Of a stretch of 64,000 bases of DNA, positions 29,201-37,922 are shown piece by piece (the stretch's first letter is position 1; each line of letters starts with the position of its first letter). The notes under the pieces are model-generated. The model ran no database searches. It worked only from the letters and a program-made list of their open reading frames with translations, and was not told the origin of the DNA. The stretch spans positions 1 through 64,000 of the IMG/VR virus record IMGVR_UViG_3300035659_001663. One strand, 5' to 3'. The position numbers and the translations under genes are program-made. The DNA is from a virus.

Positions 29201-29369
29201 TAATAGAGTACGAGGTACTTACTCAGACGCTTACATATTTTCAGATTTATTGAATGATACTGAAATTGGCACTATGTATCATTATGGTCCGTCAGAACCA
29301 CCATGGTTCGATTACTCGAACTGGAATAATGGCACTGGTCTTGGTCATGTAATTTGGAAAGTAGCATGA
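26253..29369 (+). CDS. Multidomain structural protein: 3x fibronectin type III, NHL module (copy 4), LamG/ConA-like domain
   Basis: Three P..L.A...W......Y.L.R...YYYRV.A/S...S.WS FN3 units; LRTNRH...LNFPNGM...CDHNNSRIVKL; LTIIIW...H....R....IDNG...IGG...G.YSD..IFSD.L LamG pattern. Confidence 0.8.
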   Translation: MSLPVTDKQELFVNGYGTESIPQGISVKGSLWTVMQSYGKLLIKEYYSDSVFSIKLFLYNFTTSSALQSNGSFYTDRFWVWYINTSKVLTLLEIEPNIGIDPILHFSRILHSDVSSVSVYVNEFDVVRLSILSNSLPKSLKSLTYLDVKTSTPTETNLSWDATRQDIFTQFVNTNKSNLSVAYSNAASPYSIYTEDYSVPTPLNLTAAQVGSSASVQVDWNASVGSDQYVLERDTNASFPSPSVRYTGPLITFLDSVTTIGIYYYRVKARVTSIYLESSWSLTASAIVSLPVAPTGLAAVNGILLGEVDTSWNIVSGVDTYTLQRAKDALFTVNLTTVYTGATALFDEFVTQAATYYYRVRSHNILGNSSWSTYASVIVTGPAIPTNLVVVAGSFLGQINASWNAVPEATDYVLQRDKDIIFDGPIDVYTGSITSFTDTVSETATYYYRVKARNLLGDSDWSIVAFISVSMISITYRKVFASLRTNRHVIKQLDAMVEPFVYDDKYFGSFGIAGGGTTGLNFPNGMTVDFDNNIYICDHNNSRIVKLNKNLSYIGYLNTKFTIGQPCAIMFNTDDRYLYITGIRYHDIADENIYMYVGIEKCTTSFTDVKYSNDILGFYRRLNQRSLMYKPNSICRGFITFVNEYLITGVNKTIYRVIETLTGFSTAIEESVVGETAETYVGMVRHSNGYLYLNTGSQIIKTDGVFINMGDSDILAKTLYGLKQGFDGNLLTYNVDRRSLIAVDADLNYVDEFYIDSGDTPATSFYDTFDIAVNYVGIPRDVYSILNTHAIRLWASFSEAGHSTGYSPNTASQIDSSITRLQLINFLGSDQVSDGFLTLDAVAGTGTVTTNLTDNSVRITSDLTIIIWHKWDDVASSSGWMLDCSGPYGSLAQADNMLYGIWVTSTGSIKLYHKNNIITVQTFFATIFPRDGQQHMLMVRRNATAKTYDVSIDNGVIEQQPYPSNPNGGGNAVVSIGGKDVGSNRVRGTYSDAYIFSDLLNDTEIGTMYHYGPSEPPWFDYSNWNNGTGLGHVIWKVA

Positions 29370-29370
29370 A

Positions 29371-31026
29371 ATGTCATATTATGTGAACTTCGAAGTTGAT
29401 CATCTACCATATTTGCCTAATGATCTAAGTAATCCTATGGGTTGGCTTGATTTTGTAAACGGTCCAGCAGGGACTTATTATTGTCGAGGAATGAAGGACG
29501 ATCCAACTAGAATTCTATACTTAGCTGATAAGATATTGCTGCCATGGAGTTTAAGCGCTTTTGGATCATGGAGAATGAATGTCTTAACAATTACTGGTAC
29601 GACTGCACAATATTCAAATTCTTGGTCAATGACTGGCGGAATAGTATCAGTTAATGGTATAGTAATTCAGGGTGCAGGAGCTGTTAGAAATTACAGTTTT
29701 TATGATACACATTTTATCGTTAGTAATCAAATAATAATAAGCAGCACACTTGGTAATGCTGTTAATACTTATTTCAAAGGCTGCATTGTTAGATGTGATT
29801 CAATTGATGTCGATTTGTCTACTCCGTCAACTGTTTTGAACGGTCTCAATTTAAGAGACAGTATATTGATAGTAGACTCGAATATTAATAGAGGTAACGA
29901 ATTTAGGAACTCAGTACTCAATAGACCAATGTCAGCATGGAGTTCTGTAAGTAGTATAGTAAGTTGTCAGTTTAATTGGATTCCACCAACGTGGCCCTTA
30001 TGGAATGCAGTAAAAGATTCATGGAAATATTCAATATTAAGTCAAGGCACATCATCACCAATAGTCATATCTGCAACAGGCAGCTTTTCAGGTTATGAAT
30101 ATGATTTATTTGGAAATTTAAGATCAACAGCTGCTGGAATTGGTGCATTCTTTTTTGATGTTAGTAATTATCGATTGTATTTAGTACAGGGAATTAACAG
30201 ACATATTATCAAGAGATTAGATTCAAATGTGGCGCCTGCAGTCTTTGACGGTGAATTTTATGGTATTTACGGTGAAGCAGGCAGATTGAATTTTCCATCA
30301 AGTGTTACGACAGATGGAAGTAATATATTTCTTTGTGATTACAAAAATAGTAGAGTCATTAGATTCGACAAGACATTAAACTTTATCTATGAATATAACA
30401 CTTCACTGACAATGAATGATCAACCATTTTTGATTTATTATGATAGTATTACTACGGATTTATATGTCTTGAGAGTGACAGAGTCTCTCTGGAATATGAA
30501 GCTTGAACGGCTTGGATTTGACAATAATGGTTTCACTAGTAAGAAAATTAGTGGATTTTTAGGTAAGATGACTGATGGTCTAATGCCGACTGCTATGTGT
30601 AGAGGTTTTGCAAGTGGTGAATTTCTCGTATGCGGATTAGGTAACGATATTTACAAGACTGTAGAATCGCCAATAACATTTTCATCATTCGTTAATCAGT
30701 CAATCACTGGTCAAGAACCTAATAGATATATGGGTATGATTAAGCATTCTAATGGATATCTTTATTTGAATTCAGGATTACAATTAGTAAAAGCAAATTC
30801 GTCATTTGAGAGTCTTGGTGTGTCTAATCTTATTGCAACAGTTACGACATGTTTGAAAGAATCGCTTAATGCTAAGATACTATTGTATAGTAATCATGAT
30901 CAATCAATTTTACGATATGATACTAATTTGAATTTTGTTGAAGAAGTGTTCAAAGATAATGGTACTGGTATTGCGACTGATTCTTTTGATGTTGTTGATT
31001 TAATGGAAATTGATTTAGTAGCGTAG
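29371..31026 (+). CDS. Structural protein: beta-helix-like N-terminus plus C-terminal NHL module (copy 5)
   Basis: DLFGNLR...IGAF end-of-beta-helix motif, then LYLVQGINRH...LNFPSSV...CDYKNSRVIRFD...DSFDVVDL. Confidence 0.75.
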   Translation: MSYYVNFEVDHLPYLPNDLSNPMGWLDFVNGPAGTYYCRGMKDDPTRILYLADKILLPWSLSAFGSWRMNVLTITGTTAQYSNSWSMTGGIVSVNGIVIQGAGAVRNYSFYDTHFIVSNQIIISSTLGNAVNTYFKGCIVRCDSIDVDLSTPSTVLNGLNLRDSILIVDSNINRGNEFRNSVLNRPMSAWSSVSSIVSCQFNWIPPTWPLWNAVKDSWKYSILSQGTSSPIVISATGSFSGYEYDLFGNLRSTAAGIGAFFFDVSNYRLYLVQGINRHIIKRLDSNVAPAVFDGEFYGIYGEAGRLNFPSSVTTDGSNIFLCDYKNSRVIRFDKTLNFIYEYNTSLTMNDQPFLIYYDSITTDLYVLRVTESLWNMKLERLGFDNNGFTSKKISGFLGKMTDGLMPTAMCRGFASGEFLVCGLGNDIYKTVESPITFSSFVNQSITGQEPNRYMGMIKHSNGYLYLNSGLQLVKANSSFESLGVSNLIATVTTCLKESLNAKILLYSNHDQSILRYDTNLNFVEEVFKDNGTGIATDSFDVVDLMEIDLVA

Positions 31027-31035
31027 CCTATTAAA

Positions 31036-31063
31036 GCCGTGACATTGTTCATGGCCTTTTTTT
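31036..31063 (+). terminator. Intrinsic terminator
   Basis: GCCGTGA/TCATGGC stem followed by a T-run. Confidence 0.65.
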
Positions 31064-31089
31064 GTGAACATGATGATATTTTCAGCAAA

Positions 31090-31398
31090 CAAGGACTCTT
31101 GAATCACCTGCTGCATTTACAGTATTTGACAATCAAGCTATAGTTGGTCAAAATCTTCGTAGATATATGGGTGATTAATGACGGTTTACAATTAATCAAA
31201 GTGAATTCATTATTTGAGAATGTTGGTGATTCTAATGAAATCGTAACTACAATCATGCGCCTAAAAGAATCTGTGCATGCAAAATTATTGACATACAACA
31301 ATAAAAATCAATCTGTTTTGCAATATGATGCAGATCTAAACTTTGCAACTGATGCCTTTGATATTGTAGATTTTCATAGAGATTGATTTAGTAGCGTA
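31090..31398 (+). pseudogene. Decayed duplicate of the NHL-module C-terminus (copy 6, deletions and frameshifts)
   Basis: RTLESPAAFTVFDNQAIVGQNLRRYMG vs KTVESPITFSSFVNQSITGQEPNRYMG; GLQLIKVNSLFE vs GLQLVKANSSFE; ends ATTGATTTAGTAGCGTAG, identical to the end of 29371-31026. Confidence 0.8.
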
Positions 31399-31459
31399 GA
31401 CATAAATGTTCTTAATTATTAAAGGTAAATGTTTGATTTAATAAGTATAAGATTAAAAA

Positions 31460-32146
31460 ATGAATGTTTTCATTTATGCACTATGTGACCCTTCAACTTT
31501 TGAAGTACGTTATATTGGAAAAACAATAAATCCTTATAAACGGTATTATTCGCATTTATCTGCTAGAAGTCTTAATAGACGAATACAAACACATAAAACT
31601 CATTGGTTAAAGTCATTATTGAGACAGTCGTTATTACCAATACAACAAATTTTAGAAATATGTGATGAACGTAATTGGGAACAAAAAGAAAGTGAATGGA
31701 TAGCTTTTTATAAAAGTATTGGTTGTAATTTAACAAATGGAACACCTGGTGGGTATGGTTGGTTTAAATGTTCAGGTAAATCTAGAAAAGGTAGAAAGCT
31801 TTCTGAAGAATGGAGAGCAAAAATAAGTAAAACTTTAAAAGGAAGAAAGCTGCCAGATGAACATCGAAAAAATATAAGCAAAAATCATGCTAGAAAAGGT
31901 AAATTTGGAAAAGATTGTCCAATATTTGGTAGTCATCACTCTGACGAAACTAAAAGAAAAATGAGTGAATCGCAAAAGCTTCGAGACCCAAAAACGCGAG
32001 CAACATGGACTAGTGGCGGTCATCACACGGAAGAAGCAAAATTAAGAATAGGTAGAACAGAAAAAATTACTAAAGCAAATAAAAAATTAGAAAAATTTAT
32101 TAAAGACAATCATTTGCATCTAACTAAATATTCACATCTAAACTAA
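31460..32146 (+). CDS. GIY-YIG homing endonuclease with NUMOD3-type repeats
   Basis: FIYALCDP...RYIGKT...R...H, E..WI, LTNGTPGG; KLSEEWRAKIS, HSDETKRKMS, HTEEAKLRIG. Confidence 0.9.
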   Translation: MNVFIYALCDPSTFEVRYIGKTINPYKRYYSHLSARSLNRRIQTHKTHWLKSLLRQSLLPIQQILEICDERNWEQKESEWIAFYKSIGCNLTNGTPGGYGWFKCSGKSRKGRKLSEEWRAKISKTLKGRKLPDEHRKNISKNHARKGKFGKDCPIFGSHHSDETKRKMSESQKLRDPKTRATWTSGGHHTEEAKLRIGRTEKITKANKKLEKFIKDNHLHLTKYSHLN

Positions 32147-32162
32147 ATAAAGAGATGTAAAA

Positions 32163-32699
32163 GTGTTCTTGATAATCGAGGGAATTCACAACACTGGTAA
32201 GACTACGTTAGTTGAATCATTGAGAAGTCAATTCAAAGTATTTTCATGTAGACGGTTATTTCCCGAATTAGTCAATTCAAGAAACACACAGATCTCAGAT
32301 TTTTCATTTGGTGTAAATTGTTCGATTACGTGGTTTGCAAAAGAGATGTCACATGATGATGTATTGTTTGATAGACTGCATGTGTCTGAGTACGCTTATA
32401 GTACTAGTATTCGTCATACAAATGAGATAGAGGCGTTCAGAAATTTTAGAATGATTGATACTGCATTATCTAAATGTAATGTTAAGATGATACTCTTGAC
32501 ATGTGATTATGATACTATGTGTAAGAGATTGCAAGAAAAAAATAGTATCTATAGTAAAGACGATTATGATGTGTTAACAGTAATGTTTAGTAAGGCACTT
32601 TACGCTACATTAATTCCGTCAATTGTGATTGATACAAGTAAATTCAATAAATCACAGGTAGTAAGTAAATCATTAGATTTCATAAAAGGATTATCATGA
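32163..32699 (+). CDS. P-loop nucleotide kinase (thymidylate/dNMP kinase-like)
   Basis: IIEGIHNTGKTT Walker A; LFDRLHVSEYAY (DR motif). Confidence 0.8.
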   Translation: MFLIIEGIHNTGKTTLVESLRSQFKVFSCRRLFPELVNSRNTQISDFSFGVNCSITWFAKEMSHDDVLFDRLHVSEYAYSTSIRHTNEIEAFRNFRMIDTALSKCNVKMILLTCDYDTMCKRLQEKNSIYSKDDYDVLTVMFSKALYATLIPSIVIDTSKFNKSQVVSKSLDFIKGLS

Positions 32700-33787
32700 G
32701 TTTGTCTGTTGAAGAAAAATTAAGAAAGCACGCTGATAGAATTACACAGTCTACTAACTCATGTTTATTAACATTGCAACTTGATCTTACTGACTTTTGT
32801 GTTTGTAAGTGTAAAGGTTGTGAACACTGGAAATGGCCAGTTAAAACAAAACTTAGTCGTGAAATATTGGATAAGAACGTTCTACCGTACTTGGAAGAAT
32901 TCGATTCATTACAATCAATAGTTCTTTCAGGTGGTGAACCCTTACTTCATCCTGAAGTTGAACAAATAGTTCATCATATAAAGCAAGAGTATGGATTAAA
33001 CATTGGCATAATAACATCAGGATTGGGACATGCTAATTTAGATTGGGCATCATTGTCTAGAGATTGTAGTTGGATAAGATTTTCAACTGACGGGTTTACA
33101 TCAGAAAACTACACTGAAACTCGCGGTGTAGACATGTTTGATCAATGGAAAAAAAATCTATTGACATTGTTGAAAGAGAATGAGCAAACAAAATGTAAAA
33201 CAAGACTTAATGTTACCATTCACGATTACAATAAGCACAACTTTGTAGACGGATTAGTAGATTTTTTAGATAACAATGATGTTGATGTTGAAATATTTTT
33301 TTGGTTATCAAGGGAAATAATTGCTAGACTTAGAAAGCTTGAAAGTAGTGAACAACGACGACAGTCAGATGACTGTCAAACAATTTTCAAACAAGTTAGT
33401 AAGTTGCATCATAGATCAAAAGCATATTACGTTTATAATTATGATAATATCTTTTCTCACATCGGTGATACAGAAGTTAGTGATTATCATTCTTGTTTCA
33501 TTCCTAAAATATTTGCATTAATCGCTTCTGACGGTAATGTGTTTCCGTGCTGCTATGCGTATGAACCAGTGTTTTCAATGGACAAACAACAAACAAAGTT
33601 CGTGATTGGCAATGTTAATGAAAACACTTTAGCTGAAATTTACTCTAGTGATCGATATAAAACAGTTGTTGATCAATTTCTTAACTGTGATAAGAAATAT
33701 GAAATGTGTCAATATTGTGACAGATTTGATCATATCAATGTTCATCTAAACAATTATAGACCTATTAGTGATCCAATATTTCTATGA
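32696..33787 (+). CDS. Radical SAM protein with SPASM/twitch domain
   Basis: CVCKCKGC (CxxxCxxC), SGGEPLLH, STDG; C...DGNVFPCC...IGNV...CQYC. Confidence 0.9.
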   Translation: MSLSVEEKLRKHADRITQSTNSCLLTLQLDLTDFCVCKCKGCEHWKWPVKTKLSREILDKNVLPYLEEFDSLQSIVLSGGEPLLHPEVEQIVHHIKQEYGLNIGIITSGLGHANLDWASLSRDCSWIRFSTDGFTSENYTETRGVDMFDQWKKNLLTLLKENEQTKCKTRLNVTIHDYNKHNFVDGLVDFLDNNDVDVEIFFWLSREIIARLRKLESSEQRRQSDDCQTIFKQVSKLHHRSKAYYVYNYDNIFSHIGDTEVSDYHSCFIPKIFALIASDGNVFPCCYAYEPVFSMDKQQTKFVIGNVNENTLAEIYSSDRYKTVVDQFLNCDKKYEMCQYCDRFDHINVHLNNYRPISDPIFL

Positions 33788-34398
33788 AATTTTCTTTACT
33801 GCAACAAAAAGTTAATGACGTTGAACAACAAATATTCAATTGCAGTAAGTGTCCAGAACTATTTGAACTAAGACAAAACAAAGTTCATAACTGTCCTGTT
33901 CTTGGATTTAATGTCGTACACTACGCTAATGCTAGAGTTTGTTCTATATGTGAAGCACCGGGAGTATACAAACCTCACAAGGGCGAACAACTAATTGACA
34001 AACTTGAAGATTTTCACAAGATATACGACGACAGAATACAAAATGTTTCTTTAATTGGCTCTAGACTATTTGAAATTTATAGTAAAGCAAACTTGACTTG
34101 GCAAGATATACAACATTTCAATGTAGTATGTTGTAGTCCACCGAATTATCGTAAACCGCAAGTTGATGAAGTTGTTAGTTGTTTACCGTTTCTATTGATG
34201 CGCATTAATCTAGTGCAAAGGATGAAAGTAATTATTACTTTTGGAACTGTTGCTAAAAATGCTGTAAAAAGATTCAAGTTAAACGTGCCTATAGTTTATT
34301 CACATCATCCAAGTTATATTTACTCATATATGCCAGAATCTGAAAGACAAGATTACATAAATCGTGTTGCAAATAGCATTAAAAAATGTCTCACGTAA
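33784..34398 (+). CDS. Uracil-DNA glycosylase, family 4/5-like (Fe-S)
   Basis: CSKCPEL, ICEAPG, NVVCCSPPNYRKP...C, HHPSY. Confidence 0.85.
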   Translation: MKFSLLQQKVNDVEQQIFNCSKCPELFELRQNKVHNCPVLGFNVVHYANARVCSICEAPGVYKPHKGEQLIDKLEDFHKIYDDRIQNVSLIGSRLFEIYSKANLTWQDIQHFNVVCCSPPNYRKPQVDEVVSCLPFLLMRINLVQRMKVIITFGTVAKNAVKRFKLNVPIVYSHHPSYIYSYMPESERQDYINRVANSIKKCLT

Positions 34399-34622
34399 TT
34401 CAATTGATTAATGGGTTTGCAATAATTGTTGACGACAAACAGTTCAGTCGTTGCAAATGGCAATTCACTAGCACATTTCATTTTAGCAAGTTCATTACAG
34501 TGACTGACATTCATGGGCATAAAATAACTGTACCAAAAAAGTATATATTACTATTTGAGTTGTATAATGAAGAAATCAAGACGCAAAAAAATCAAGACAA
34601 TTCCATTGCCAGCATCATTTGA
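34386..34622 (+). CDS. Hypothetical protein
   Basis: Short ORF overlapping neighbours in an operon-like arrangement. Confidence 0.45.
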   Translation: MSHVIQLINGFAIIVDDKQFSRCKWQFTSTFHFSKFITVTDIHGHKITVPKKYILLFELYNEEIKTQKNQDNSIASII

Positions 34623-34944
34623 TGAGACAAATCAAATGTTAAAGGCTAAGTTTTCAGTTAAATACATTAACTATGTCACTAATAATGGTATAATCAGGTT
34701 CGGTTGGCTAATATCTAATGAGCAATCGATTGATGAAGCAATTAAGTTATTGAAAGTTCAAGCAGCACCTATTTACATACTAGGTCGATTTGCAAGTGCT
34801 GTTGTTTCATGGAATGCAATTAAGATAAACATGATGGGTAGTCTGTATAAAAGCGGTGAAGAATCTGATAAGTTTAGAACAGATGATTTTGACATTACTA
34901 AAAGTAAACTAACTGAGTGGTATAAGATCTGCAATAATGAATGA
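34567..34944 (+). CDS. Hypothetical protein
   Basis: ORF from MKKSRRKK, coupled to the next gene. Confidence 0.55.
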   Translation: MKKSRRKKIKTIPLPASFDETNQMLKAKFSVKYINYVTNNGIIRFGWLISNEQSIDEAIKLLKVQAAPIYILGRFASAVVSWNAIKINMMGSLYKSGEESDKFRTDDFDITKSKLTEWYKICNNE

Positions 34945-35134
34945 TTACTCTTGGACGTATGCGCATGAATTTGATGAAGAGGATAGTGAAGTGCCATCAT
35001 TACTTAGAGATAGATTTTGGTCAAAAATTAGATCTGATCTATACAAAAAGATTTGTAAGGGTAAGGGCGGCGGATCACAATGGTTATTTATACTCGGAAA
35101 AAATCTACTTGTAATGGTGAAAAAATACAATTGA
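34937..35134 (+). CDS. Hypothetical protein (possibly the 5' part of a -1 frameshifted gene)
   Basis: Overlaps the next ORF by 55 nt across an A-AAA-AAT heptamer. Confidence 0.5.
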   Translation: MNDYSWTYAHEFDEEDSEVPSLLRDRFWSKIRSDLYKKICKGKGGGSQWLFILGKNLLVMVKKYN

Positions 35135-35358
35135 CAAAAAAGAGTTTTCAGGCACTTGAAAGAATAGTTGAGTATCTTAATACAAGTGAAGGAATAGATA
35201 GTTTGATTAATATTGGAGAGACTCAAGCACCAGAATCAGTAGATGATTTGATTGATGTTTTACAGGCTTCAAAAACTAGTAATGAAGTTAGACAAACAGA
35301 ATTCAAAATCTTTTTGAAGAATAGAGAAAGACTGCTGAGAACTATTTCAAATTATTAA
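35080..35358 (+). CDS. Hypothetical protein (possibly the 3' part of a -1 frameshifted gene)
   Basis: Lies in the -1 frame relative to 34937-35134; no strong SD. Confidence 0.5.
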   Translation: MVIYTRKKSTCNGEKIQLTKKSFQALERIVEYLNTSEGIDSLINIGETQAPESVDDLIDVLQASKTSNEVRQTEFKIFLKNRERLLRTISNY

Positions 35359-35367
35359 AGGAGGAAC

Positions 35368-35628
35368 ATGATTTACGACTATCGATGCGAATGTGGGAAT
35401 ATACAAGAAGAAATGCATGGGATGAATGAAAATCCTGTAATAGTTTGTAAGAAGTGCACAAAGACGATGCAACGAATTATTACTGGCGGCGCAGGCGTAG
35501 TATTTAAGGGTGGCGGGTGGCCATCAGCTGACGCAAGATTCAAAGACTCAATGACAAAAAAGAGTGCTCGAAAAGCTCAAAAAGCCAAAGATCACAACAA
35601 ACCTGTTACATCATTAGGTGATCTCTAA
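35368..35628 (+). CDS. FmdB-family zinc-ribbon protein
   Basis: IYDYRCECG...CKKC...MQRIITGGAGVVFKGGGW; AAGGAGG SD. Confidence 0.88.
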   Translation: MIYDYRCECGNIQEEMHGMNENPVIVCKKCTKTMQRIITGGAGVVFKGGGWPSADARFKDSMTKKSARKAQKAKDHNKPVTSLGDL

Positions 35629-35784
35629 TTGTCAAAGTAAAAATTGTCTACAGCTATTGCTTTGTCGTTTGATATAAATTCTAGGATTGTAATGGTAAAT
35701 GATAAGATCTATTGGTTATTTGAATACTAAGACTGAGGATAGGTTTTTGATGTTTTCTATGTTAGTCTGCCTGATTATGGTATC

Positions 35785-35997
35785 ATGAAGTTTGTCGTTG
35801 TCTATACGAATTGCGACTGTGCAAGTGGAAAGACAATTCGTAGAGATCGTATTTGGAACTTGGGTCCTCGATGTCCTCATTGTTACAAAATACTGGGACC
35901 GATGCAATACACAATTCATGAAGAAATAACTGCTAAGAATTTAGACGAAGCTTATAGGAAATGGAGAGAAATCAAAGATGGCCAAAGAAAAAGATAA
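35785..35997 (+). CDS. Small Cys-rich hypothetical protein
   Basis: CDC...CPHC; overlaps the gyrB start. Confidence 0.55.
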   Translation: MKFVVVYTNCDCASGKTIRRDRIWNLGPRCPHCYKILGPMQYTIHEEITAKNLDEAYRKWREIKDGQRKR

Positions 35998-37912
35998 GTA
36001 CGACGAACATTCAATTCAACAACTAGATGATAGGTCACACGTAAGACTACGACCATCAATGTATGTGGGTGATACTGGCTTATTTGGTTTACATCATCTA
36101 GTATATGAAGTCGTAGACAATAGCATCGATGAAATCACTAATGGTTATGGAGATACTATTACCTGTATTATCCATAAAGATGGATTCGTTACCGAAAGTG
36201 ACAATGGTCGTGGCATTCCGGTGGGCATCAAAAAAGAGACAGGCAAGTCAGCAGCTGAAATGGTGATGACATCTCTACGCTCTGGCGGCAAATTCAATAG
36301 TACTTCTTACAAAACATCTTCAGGTCTACATGGTATTGGAGTTTCTGCTGTCAATTTTCTATCTGATCATCTAGACTTGACTATCTGTCGTGAAGGTTTC
36401 TCTTGGCAACAATCTTACAAAAAGGGATTGGCTGTTTCTCCCTTTGGCAAAGGCGCTGCTACTGACAAAACAGGCACTACAGTCAAGTTCAAACCTGATC
36501 ACACAATTTTCCAAACAATAGACTTTCAATACAAGATCTTACATGATCGGTTAAAAGAATTAGCCTATTTGAATAAAGGTGTGAAAATCGAAGTTGTTGA
36601 TGAACGAACAGAAGAAAGAGCTGAATTCTATTCTGACGGCGGAATAGTGGCTTTTATTGAAGATTTGAATAAAGGTAAAGAATCTCTTGGACCAATTATT
36701 CATCTTGATGAAAGTGTCAAGGTCAAGAATGAGACAGTAGGTAATTATGATGTCAGGATAGAAATTGCATTTCAATACAATAATGGTTACTCTGACATCA
36801 TCTATTCTTTTGCTAATAATGTAAATACTAGGGATGGTGGATCACATCTATCTGGGTTCAAATCAGCTTTGCTTGAAGCCATCGTCAAGTATTCTGAGAA
36901 GAAGAAGTTGTTCAAGGGACTAGATATTCGACCGACTCCTCGTGATGTATTGGAAGGTTTGGCTTCGATAATCTCAGTTAAGTTACCAAATCCTGAGTTT
37001 GAAGGTCAGACAAAATCTACATTGGGTAATCCTGAAATCAAGGAAATTGTTTATAATCAGGTACTTGACGCAATTACATCGTATTTTTCAAGCAATGATG
37101 ATATCGCGATGCTAATTGCCAGTAAGGTTTCGCAAGCTTGTATAGCAAGGGAAGAAGCTAGGAAAGCTCGTGATGCAGTTCGGAGAAAGAATGTTTTGTC
37201 ATCATCAATCTTGCCTGGCAAGTTGGCCGATTGCTCAAGCAAGAATGTCGATATTTGCGAAGTCTTCGTGGTAGAAGGTGATTCTGCAGCCGGTTCTGCT
37301 AAGATGGGACGTAACAGAATTTTTCAAGCAGTTTTACCATTAAAGGGTAAAATTTTGAACGTCGAAAAGAGCGAGTTGTCTGAGATACTCGAGAATAAAG
37401 AAGTAAAAGCACTGATTGCAGCAATTGGTATAAATATCCAAACGGGCGACATTTCAAAGCTTCGATATGGTAAGATTATCATTAATTGCGACGCTGATGT
37501 CGATGGCGCTCACATTTCGTCATTATTGTTGACAGTGTTTTTCAGGTTTATGAAACCATTGTTAACAGAAGGTCATGTCTATATAGCTCAACCTCCATTG
37601 TATAAAGTCAAGTATGGTATGAATGATTTTTACTTGGCAGATGACGAAGCGTTAGCTGCTTGGAAAAAGTCAGTGAAGAATCCTGATAAGGCAGTGATTA
37701 CTCGATTCAAAGGTTTGGGAGAAATGAATCCTGAACAGCTTGGTGAAACCACAATGAATCCTGCAACACGAAGGTTGGCTAAGGTCATAGTTACAGATGA
37801 AGCCGAAACAGATCGAATATTCACTATATTGATGGGCAATGATGTTGATAGTCGAAGAGAGTACATTGTACAGAACGCATTGATGATAGATGAAGATGCA
37901 ATTGACGCATAA
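35978..37912 (+). CDS. gyrB: Type IIA topoisomerase (DNA gyrase) subunit B
   Basis: VRLRPSMYVG, EVVDNSIDE, DNGRGIP, GLHGIGVS, PGKLADC, VEGDSA, PLKGKILN, DADVDG, RFKGLGEMN. Confidence 0.95.
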   Translation: MAKEKDKYDEHSIQQLDDRSHVRLRPSMYVGDTGLFGLHHLVYEVVDNSIDEITNGYGDTITCIIHKDGFVTESDNGRGIPVGIKKETGKSAAEMVMTSLRSGGKFNSTSYKTSSGLHGIGVSAVNFLSDHLDLTICREGFSWQQSYKKGLAVSPFGKGAATDKTGTTVKFKPDHTIFQTIDFQYKILHDRLKELAYLNKGVKIEVVDERTEERAEFYSDGGIVAFIEDLNKGKESLGPIIHLDESVKVKNETVGNYDVRIEIAFQYNNGYSDIIYSFANNVNTRDGGSHLSGFKSALLEAIVKYSEKKKLFKGLDIRPTPRDVLEGLASIISVKLPNPEFEGQTKSTLGNPEIKEIVYNQVLDAITSYFSSNDDIAMLIASKVSQACIAREEARKARDAVRRKNVLSSSILPGKLADCSSKNVDICEVFVVEGDSAAGSAKMGRNRIFQAVLPLKGKILNVEKSELSEILENKEVKALIAAIGINIQTGDISKLRYGKIIINCDADVDGAHISSLLLTVFFRFMKPLLTEGHVYIAQPPLYKVKYGMNDFYLADDEALAAWKKSVKNPDKAVITRFKGLGEMNPEQLGETTMNPATRRLAKVIVTDEAETDRIFTILMGNDVDSRREYIVQNALMIDEDAIDA

Positions 37913-37922
37913 GGAGTGAAAG

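Noticed and set aside
30650-31398. DGR variable/template repeat pair
   Set aside because: Differences are not adenine-specific and include deletions and frameshifts; no reverse transcriptase in the window.
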